The notes under the pieces are model-generated. The model did not search any database and was not told the DNA's origin. It saw only the letters and a program-made list of their open reading frames with translations. Below, one piece after another: positions 55,359 through 64,000 of a DNA stretch of 64,000 nt (position 1 is its first letter; each line of letters starts with the position of its first letter). The DNA lies in contig NW_025963979.1 in NCBI RefSeq assembly GCF_023055435.1, forward strand, positions 6,820,001 through 6,884,000, read 5' to 3'. A program made the position numbers and the translations under genes. This DNA is from Haliotis rufescens (lineage: Eukaryota).

Positions 55359-57109
55359 ATGGGGGTTGCCACCTGTCCGGACTGTGAAAAAATGTTTTCA
55401 AGGAGAGATGTCATGTTACGACACAGGAGAAATAAACATAGCATACCGCCGCCGCCGTTACAAGCCCATCCGCTACCGCCGCCGCCGCCGCAAATCCACC
55501 CGCCATTACAAGCCCACCCGCTAACGCCGCCGCCGCCGCAAGTCCACCCACCGCCGCCGCTGCGTCAAGCCAACCCGCCGTTCAGCCCATCCGCCGCCGC
55601 CGCCGCCGCCGCCGCCGCCATCGCAAGTCCACTCGTGGCTGCCTCATTTACCATGCATATCTGATCTTCGAGAACAATTCAAGTTCCTGATTCCCTCAAA
55701 TGCGCTCGTTGTGGGACCCAGTGGTTGTGGAAAGTCTGTGTTTACCTCTCATGTTCTCCGGCATGGCCTGATCCAACCCCAACCTACCCGCATCGTTTGG
55801 TGTTATACTCAATGGCAGCCATTATATAAGGACCTCGGTGAGCAGCTGCCTCAGCTGACCTTTGTCAAAGGAATTCCCTACGATATCTTGGACGAGGATT
55901 ACTTTGATGCTCGTCAACAGAACGTGTTGGTCCTGGATGATTTCCTGGCCGAAGCAAAGCACGACAAGCGTATTTCGCGGTTGTTTACTCAAACCTCACA
56001 TCACAAGAATGTATTGATCTTTCTCTTGATACAAAATCTGTTTCCGAGAGGTAAGGAATCGAGAGACATTGCTTTGAATGCGCATTATGTGACCCTGTTT
56101 CATTCCCCCATAGATAAACAGCAAATCAAACTCTTCGCTCGTAGAATTTTCCCCGAACATATGGATCACTTTATGGCTATGTATGAAAAGGTTACTGAAA
56201 CACCCTATGGACAACTCACCATCGATCTAAAACCTACCACCAAAGATAAGGATCGACTGCATGTTAACCTCATAAATGAGGAAAACAGGAGAACAACAGC
56301 ACAGTCTGAACCTGATCTGCGTAGGGAGAAGTTGACTACAACAGAATCTCTGGATCGTCCTCTGACACAAGAAGAGAGATTGCCCCAACATCAGCTCACG
56401 CCAATTGAAACCGATTCAGACACGAGTAGTGAGACATCATTGACTATGGCCACGGCTTGCGCAGATTGCGGGGTGCTGATAGATAACATGCACGATCTAC
56501 AGCGACATATCAAACACTGGTGTCCGGCCAATAGCCTTCAACCTAAGAGAAAGCGTGCCAGGCTCGAGAGTGATGACGATGACAGTGACTTTGACGACCT
56601 AGCCTCTTCCCAGAAAGGCAGTGGTCTTGCCGTCAAACCTCCACGTGGGAAGTCAACATTCACTAATATGGAAGCCGAGGAGTGGCAAAATGTAGGCTTA
56701 CAACGCATCTGGAAGCAGGTGTACGATACGTTTCATGTCAAGATGAAACTGCAGAAAAAAACAGTACGAGCGACAGGGACGAACGCAAGAATGGATTGAG
56801 AGACGATTGAAACTGAGGTGGGAGGATCTAGTGCGTAGTACTCTCAACTATGCGATGGAATATACCACGTACTTTAAAGAGGCACCTCTGTTTCAAAACA
56901 TGCTATACAACCTGGGAGACATGAATCCCTCCACGGAACAATCCGTTCTCAAAAATAAAATCAAACTCCTCCTAAAACCCAAGATGAAAGAGATCCTGCC
57001 TTTGATGGATATGCCGGAAATAGAAAGTGAGACTGAATCTGATAGCGTTGCAGAGGATAACGACGGTGATGACGAGGAGGAGGATGATGACCGTGAGCAG
57101 AACGATTAG
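55359..57109 (+). pseudogene. C2H2 zinc finger / Pro-rich / Polinton A32-like (FtsK-HerA) packaging ATPase / zinc finger / helical domain fusion, broken by two frameshifts
   Basis: CPDCEKMFSRRDVMLRHRRNKH; Walker A ALVVGPSGCGKS; IVWCYTQWQPLY; Walker B VLVLDD; SHHKNV..LIQNLF..GKESRDIALNAHY; CADCG..HDLQRHIKHWC. ORFs 55359-55664, 55711-56799 and 56807-57109 join into ~580 aa after restoring 2 bp near 55583 and removing one A from the A7 run at 56755-56761. Confidence 0.85.
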
Positions 57110-57155
57110 GCATAAATACCCATCACTACTATATCAGTCTAACAGTCTGAAGAGA

Positions 57156-57461
57156 ATGCCGAGTCAACGCCACGCGTCTAGTTTGATTCATATTTTGAAA
57201 ACACCTCGTAAACTGAGGCGTTTGAACGATAAGAAACGCCGAATTTCACTGTACGTGAGAGGAATGGTGAAACTGGGGCCTCCTGGACGGAAATCGTTAC
57301 AAGCAATGGATAAAGCATAGACTATAGACAACCATTCAACCTTAAAACAGCGTAGAAAAGGAAACATTCAACAGTGCGAAATGTGTTTCAAAACGTGGAC
57401 TCGCTGTTTAAACAATAGGGCCTTCGAGCAGCAGCAGCAGCATGTGTATATGAGTGACTAA
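57156..57461 (+). pseudogene. Small basic ORF of the element; probable premature TAG at 57318-57320, with the frame continuing through a CxxC motif
   Basis: ATG at 57156 follows CATAAATA (57111) and ATCAGT. The frame stays open after the TAG (TIDNHSTLKQRRKGNIQQCEMCFKTW...) to TAA at 57461. AATAAA lies near 57533, followed by a GT/T-rich tract. Confidence 0.4.
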
Positions 57462-57582
57462 ATAATGTTCCAGAGTGAATACTATTGTCCATTCGTATAT
57501 CACGGCTTTGTATGGAACCGATTGGCTCGAATCAATAAATGATACGAATGAATTGTTTGGGTTTTTTTTCTCAGTTTGTTTG

Positions 57583-59064
57583 CATATGAGTATATAGTCT
57601 TCGTCATACTACACCCGTGAAGGTCCCGGGGTATAAAAATCGACCTTCAGTAACCCATGCTTATCGGCGACTGACGGGGATCGGTTGGTCCGACTCGGAT
57701 GACACGTGCCATCGGTTCCTAGTTGCACAGATCGCTGCTGATGCTGTTGATCACTGGATTGTCTGGTCCAAGCTCGTTTATTGACAGACCACCGTCCTAG
57801 AGCTGGAATAAAGCCGAGTGGGGCGTAAAACTAAATTCACTCACTCACTGATACCAATTATACATCTAAAAAGTAATGTCATCATCATTTAAATGGTGAG
57901 TTTAAACGCGTATTTTACCCTTACAAGGACGAGTGCATTCCACACACCCTTCCTGTTATCAAATGTGTCACTGTTTACAGTTCGGGCGAACATAACCCCA
58001 TAGACATGTGTGCGGGCGAGTTCATTCATCAGAAATATGTCATTTACGATGTGTTTATAAATATAAACTGCTAAACCACGCTCATAGTCATGTTGCGTGT
58101 CGTGGTTAGAACCGTAATTGATCTATTGAAAGGTGTCATACATTCGTGTTCGGATATAGGTACAACATCTTCACGCATTTACTTTTCCTACATCATTCAA
58201 ATGTATTAAATACCGGATACGTTTAATAGACACCAACGAAAGAAAAGTTTAATGAGGGGGGGAATACCCATATATATCCTCTCTGAAATAACTCCCTTTT
58301 AAAATATCAAATGTACAACACATCTTCCCTAACGTATCATAAATACGGGACACTGCTCACACCATTTATGAATGGGAAGCTTCAGGCGAGGCTGTTATAT
58401 TAACATTAATTGTAAGGTAGTGTATGTTGACATTGTTATGGGCGGCCGGTCGCTTAGTCTCTCTGCTAAACATTAGCTCGTTCTTGCGCGCTAAACGTAA
58501 ACTGCTAGCTTGCTGATTGCGTAGTCTTATCTATTTTGTCTATATATATTTTTTTTTTCCATACAGGTTGTCGAACGTTCATGGTGTACAACGTGTAGAC
58601 CGTATAAGATGGATTTGATCCAGCTAGACGTACATTTTTTTCCCTACATTACACGGCGTATATCGTGTTGACATAACCCGTCTCTATTGTGGTACTTGTA
58701 CTTTCAACACACACCCTTCATTCATCAAACCAGATCGCACGCTCTAGCGAGCGCGGGTTAAACGACGAGGCCACGTCAGTTGTCAAGCGCGCTCAATTCA
58801 AACTGGGCTGACGGGTACGGTCTGTCTATTCAAGGCAGCACGCTATACACATAGCTCTATTCATAACCTTTTACTTTTGTTTTATTATGAATTCTTTTCT
58901 GTCTTATAAACACACACCTTTCATTCCCCCTCACCTGTGACGCGCTGTTGATGCATGAGTCATCCTATCCGATCACGTGACTTGGATCAGCCAATCACCT
59001 TCGCATCCGCCTGGATCAACCGGATCAACCAAAAAAGGTTCCTGCCTACTGACTCTATACTACT
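57583..59064 (-). repeat. Right terminal inverted repeat (~1482 bp)
   Basis: Reverse complement of 53416-54890, with about 30 differences by eye, mostly in the inner half. Confidence 0.97.
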
Positions 59065-60444
59065 ATAATGTTTTTCTAAGGAGTCATCACAACAAAACGA
59101 GACTCATGACGTCTTCATTGAAAAGTAAAAAGTAATTTTCAATCATTACACAAACAGTCCTCTACTGTTTAATATGAGCTGTTTGCGTACTAATGTAAGG
59201 TCAATGTATTGAAATATCTTTGCATTTAATTAATAATACGGTCGTTTTGGTGTTTTGAAGCGTTTTCAAGAAGCACAAGACACGATTTTCAGATCCGTAA
59301 TACAAAAACTGCACCATCAGTAATCAGCATGTGTTTGAAACATGCGTCAAAACCTGGGACCCTGCTCCTCTAAAATCGTGCAATGAATGCTATAAGTTAC
59401 CAGTGTTAGCAAGTACAAGGATTTTTAAATGATTATGATGGCCAATGCAAGAAATTATGTTGTGTTTTCAGAAGATAATGATATTACTGCCAAACAAGCT
59501 TAAGAAACACAGCACCTTGGCACAGCAGGCGTTCCACTGCAAGGGATGAATCTATTTCCACTGAACAGGGGACAGCGGTGGATTGTGTAATGCACGTGCT
59601 CAACTGTATTTGTCAATGCGCCACTTCGAAACGACTCAGTCGTTGACATCGCTGACCCACGAGCAAACCTTCCACCCCTGCTGTTGTTATGGACTGTACA
59701 GATTATGCTGATTAGCGGATTCTGAGCCTGGATTTATGTTTGTTTAGCAGTATCTCATGAAGAAATATGGCTCATTTACATTGCTTGGTTTCATGTTGAA
59801 TAAGCCTCCATGTTGACATGTACTGGTGCCTATATATTGCATTGGCTACCAGAAAAATAACATAAGGTGGCCGGTGGCTCCATTTGAAAAAGATTTTTTT
59901 CCGAAGACCTACTGAAACCATCTTGTCATAGTATTATAATCATAATATAATTATGGTTCTCCCTTTCATTAGACTCCTAGTCTGGTATGTATTAAGGTCA
60001 GCTAAGGGTCATTCTCAATCACCCAGGGTACCGCACACACAAGGTAGTGGAACTGGATATTTCAGACGGACACATTGGTTCATTAAGGATCTGCTGTTAC
60101 AGCCTTATTGTCATCCTTAATGAAATACGGGGTACATATATCATTCAATATAACATATTGACAAAGTTGTTTGCATGAACAATATGATTCGTCCTTCACT
60201 TTGCCTTTCTTGTTGATCATCTGCTGTTCCGATGTGTTTTAAGCTTCTAAATGCCAATTGAAGAAATAGATCATGTTTTTGTAAAAGTCATGATGGGTAC
60301 CCAGTTTGTGCTTTGTTCGTCCAACACATAACCAACTTGATCCTCCACACTGCCACAGAGTGCGAGGCACATTCTTGGTGGGTGTGAATTCCCACTTAAT
60401 ACACTCACTCAGCCTCTCTCTCTCTAGTCTCATCAGTTTCCCCA

Positions 60445-60482
60445 TCATTCCACAATGTAGCAAACCAGAGTACTAGGTGAAT
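60445..60482 (-). CDS. Host gene terminal coding exon (DSPSTLVCYIVE-stop), followed by 3' UTR
   Basis: Acceptor tttcattttcag in phase 1, TGA at 60447-60445. Supplies a plausible final RRM beta strand. Confidence 0.7.
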
Positions 60483-60519
60483 CTGAAAATGAAAGTAAAT
60501 AACAATTGAACAATACTCT

Positions 60520-61825
60520 ACCTAGATTTAATGTAACATACTGTAACAAGGTATATAATTAATGTAACATATTGTCACTAAGAATAGAATTAATGTAACA
60601 TACTGTAACCATGAACAAAATTAATGTAACATATTGTAACAAAGAATATATGTAAAACACTGTAACCATAAATAGAATTAATGTAACATACCAGTACTAT
60701 AACCATGAATAGAATTAATGTAACATACCAGTACTATAACCATGAATAGAATTAATGTAACATACCAGTACTATAACCATGAATAAAATTAATGTAACAT
60801 ACGAGTACTGTAACCATGAATAGAATTAATGTAACATACTGTAACCATGAACAAAATTAATGTAACATATTGTAACAAAGAATATATGTAAAACACTGTA
60901 ACCATAAAGAGAATTAATGTAACATACTGTTACCATGAATAGAATAAATGTAACATACCAGTACTATAACCATGAATAAAATTAATGTAACATACGAGTA
61001 CTGTAACCATGAATAGAATTAATGTAACATACTGTAACCATGAATAGAATTAATGTAACATACCAGTACTATAACCATGAATAAAATTAATGTAACATAC
61101 GAGTACTGTAACCATGAATAGAATTAATGTAACATACTGTAACCATGAATAAAATTAATGTAACATACTGTATCAAAGAATATAATTAATGTAACATACC
61201 AGTACTGTAACCATGAATAAAATTAATGTAACATACCAGTACTGTAACCATAAACAGAATTAATGTAACATACTGTTACCATGAATAGAATTAATGTAAC
61301 ATACCAGTACTGTAACCATGAATGGAATTAATGTAACATACGAGTACTGTAACCATGAATAGAATTAATGTAACATAATGTAACCATGAATAGAATTAAT
61401 GTAACATACTGTATCAAAGAATATAATTAATGTAACATACCAGTACTGTAACCATGAAAAGAATTAATGTAACATACTGTAACCATGAAAAGAATTAATG
61501 TAATATACTGTAGCAAAGAATAGAATTAATGTAACACACTGTAACCATGAATTAATTAACATACTGTAACCATGAATGGAATCAATGTAACATACTGCAA
61601 CAATGAATATATGTAACATATTGAATGTAACACTGTTACCATGAATAGAATTAATGTAACATACTGTAACAATGAATATATGTAACATACTGTAACCATG
61701 AATAGATTTAATGTAACATACTGTAACAATGAATATATGTAACATACTGTAACCATGAGCAGATTTAATGTAACATACTGTAACAATGAACAGAATTAAT
61801 GTAACATACTGTAACAAAGAATATC
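60520..61825. repeat. AT-rich intronic minisatellite, ~31-36 bp unit (GAATTAATGTAACATAC[CAGTA]CTGTAACCATGAATA)
   Basis: Roughly 40 degenerate tandem copies visible. Confidence 0.95.
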
Positions 61826-61921
61826 AAATCCAATTCAATTGAACAACTGATAAAGTAATGCATTCTTAATTCGCTAATATCCAACATGTTTAACACACTT
61901 TTAAACAGTTAAAATATTTAC

Positions 61922-61989
61922 CTGGGAAGACACAATCTGAGTCATGTAGACATGACACAGCCCACTCACAGAAATCTGAGTCACTGTAC
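61922..61989 (-). CDS. Host gene coding exon (68 bp), RRM-like helix 2
   Basis: Acceptor tttctgatag, donor gtaaat. Phases 2/1 fit both neighbours. Encodes RYSDSDFCEWAVSCLHDSDCVFP. Confidence 0.8.
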
Positions 61990-62387
61990 CTATCAGAAAT
62001 ACAGAACAGTAACATTATTATCAAACGAGAACAATTAATTCGAAAAACATACTCTATGAGATCATGAAAAAAAAGAATGTTTAATATATTTGGAGGGGTA
62101 AAATATGTGTGAGGTTTATTTTGCAAATTTGTTCTTTCATAAACTCCTTCAATCAGACAGACAGCATGGACAGATAATTCATTTCAGTAATCAGGCCACC
62201 GGCCCATAATATATAATATAGCATGATAAATCATGCATGCTCAAGTAAAATACACCCATTATTTATATACATGACAAAAAGGTATAAGGTATTTCTTAAA
62301 ATTTACCTCCATTCCAGTGGATCCCCATAAGTACACAAGAGTCAGACTCGGAAACTGTATTGAAACACCTCTTGTTTTAAGTCTTAC

Positions 62388-63142
62388 CTGAATCTCATAG
62401 CACCTCTCCCATCAGAAAGTGTCTTCTTCTGGGACTCCAAAACCACTCCATAAGCTGAAACCATTTCCTCTAATTCGGTAGTGTTTCCATCTTTAGGGAC
62501 ACCTTCAATCTGTATTACATTTGCACCAACAATTGTCCAAGAATCTGTGTGTTGTAAAGGAGGTCCCTTCATATGTTTCACATCACAGGAGTCTGATACA
62601 ACTGTTTTCTTTGAGTCTATCTTACCACCACTCATGTCTTTTACGTCTGCTTCCACTGGGAGAGGTTCCCTCAGGGGAGATAACTCTAACATAGGCTTCA
62701 CAGTAACATTTTCTTTACCAGGAATTCCCTCTGCATCACAAATCACATACTTGTCTCTCATAGTACCATCAGAATTCAAATCTATATCCATATGCTGAGA
62801 TTCTGTATCAACCATTCTGGTTTCGCTTCTGTTTTTATTTTCTGATTTTCGTTTCTTCTTTGACTTTTTGTCTTTCATTGGTTCGAAAATAATGTCTACA
62901 TTTGTTACTTTCTTGCTTAGTCTTGGTGGTAAAGGTGAGAACGTCCTCACCGATGTAGCTGCATTGTTGGTATTAGTGTTCACATCATTTTGAGGTGCTC
63001 CTCCAAGTGTTGGGAAATCATTTTTAGATTTGACATCAAAAGATTTAGTATGTTTCGGAGGTGGTAGAAAAGGGCGACTCACCATCCCTCTCTGTGATGG
63101 CAGCAGGATTTCTTCCTGATTCTCTTCATCAGACATGTAACA
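62388..63142 (-). CDS. Host gene coding exon (755 bp): low-complexity region, basic NLS-like patch and start of an RRM-like domain
   Basis: Acceptor ttttctag, donor gtaaga, 250-aa open frame ending VIQIEGVPKDGNTTELEEMVSAYGVV...AMRF, phase 2. Confidence 0.88.
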
Positions 63143-63576
63143 CTAGAAAATAGCACTGGTAATTTTATCATAATTATGACAATGAACAATTACACAATAG
63201 TACTATCAGGAGTTTAAGAATCATTCTGCCAGACACTTATGACAACAAAATGAAACGAGGGTATTGAATTTAACTCAATTTTCAAAACAAACAGGATAAA
63301 AAAATGTCCAAAGTTAATGTCTCAGTGTCAGTTCAAGTCATTGCTGTTCCTTGGCCTGGGCAGAAGCACTCAATGTGGTGGGAAGAGTAGGAGTATTTGA
63401 GAGACAAACATTATGTTTTCAGATTTTAAGAGTTCCTGAGTACATGGAGTATTCCATGTATGATATTTCATTTGAAACTGTCAGAGTTAGCCAGAGATTT
63501 CAAATGTTAAACTGTCCAGACATCAAATTAATATTTAATTACTTCCATAACAAAAATATTTAAACTCTTAACTTAC

Positions 63577-63807
63577 GTCAGAATCATCAAAAAGAGTTGT
63601 TCCAAAATCTGTTGAGCCTGTAGGATGCTTAAAAGGATGCTGAAACGGTGATTCTTTAGGTGTTCCCATGGAAACATGCCTAGCTGTACTTGTAGGGAAT
63701 TCTTTAACCTGTTCTGCTTGATTGGCTGCATGCTGGGACAGTATGCGAGCTCTCCCCCTCCCCATACGCTTCTTGGTTGGGAGTATGCTTCTCAATTCAA
63801 CGCTAGG
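63577..63807 (-). CDS. Host gene coding exon (231 bp, phase 0/0)
   Basis: Acceptor tttatctccag, donor gtaagt. Encodes PSVELRS...TLFDDSD and splices in frame to the next exon. Confidence 0.8.
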
Positions 63808-64000
63808 CTGGAGATAAATAGAACTATTAATAAAATAAAATATTAAACATCTCACTCCCAGCATAAAAAATATATTAAACATAAATTATACAAAAAGTTA
63901 ATCATGTAAACATGATTTCATTACCTGCACTTGATCTGTGGTTGAAAAGTTTGACAGACAATATTAAGTGAAAAACTAGCCTTAAGCACATAAACACATT

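Larger units (their letters stand above)
53416..59064. mobile_element. Non-autonomous (mini) Polinton/Maverick-type element, 5,649 bp
   Basis: Starts AGTAGTATAGAGTCAG (53416) and ends CTGACTCTATACTACT (59064). ATAATG is duplicated at 53410-53415 and 59065-59070. Long TIRs enclose an A32-like ATPase gene. AG..CT termini with short AGT repeats and 6-bp TSDs are established Polinton hallmarks. Confidence 0.93.

Noticed and set aside
61464-61817. Hydrophobic repeat ORFs
   Set aside because: Translation of the intronic AT-rich minisatellite.

Overview
Repeat-rich eukaryotic genomic DNA, not prokaryotic. V- and Meta-type SINEs suggest a mollusc, possibly an abalone-like gastropod (inference). There is one assembly gap (40134-40318). 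Most of the window is intergenic or intronic: four SINE families sharing a 3' tail, several MITEs, a 7.1 kb 39-bp satellite, and decayed fragments of a Gypsy pol, a CR1/L2-type LINE, a mariner and a Tc1 transposase, and a herpes-tegument-type (peptidase C76) protease. The right end holds the last coding exons of a minus-strand host gene with a C-terminal RRM-like domain. The standout is a fully delimited 5,649-bp mini Polinton/Maverick-type element (53416-59064). It has AGTAGT...ACTACT ends, a perfect 6-bp TSD (ATAATG) and ~1.48-kb terminal inverted repeats (TIRs). Its 2.7-kb core lacks PolB, integrase, protease and capsid genes but keeps a zinc finger/Pro-rich/packaging ATPase/zinc finger gene (two reconstructable frameshifts) and two small basic ORFs, each with a TATA-like box. 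Its TIRs carry the same SINE insertion on both arms and diverge more inside than outside. All calls are by eye; no database search was run.
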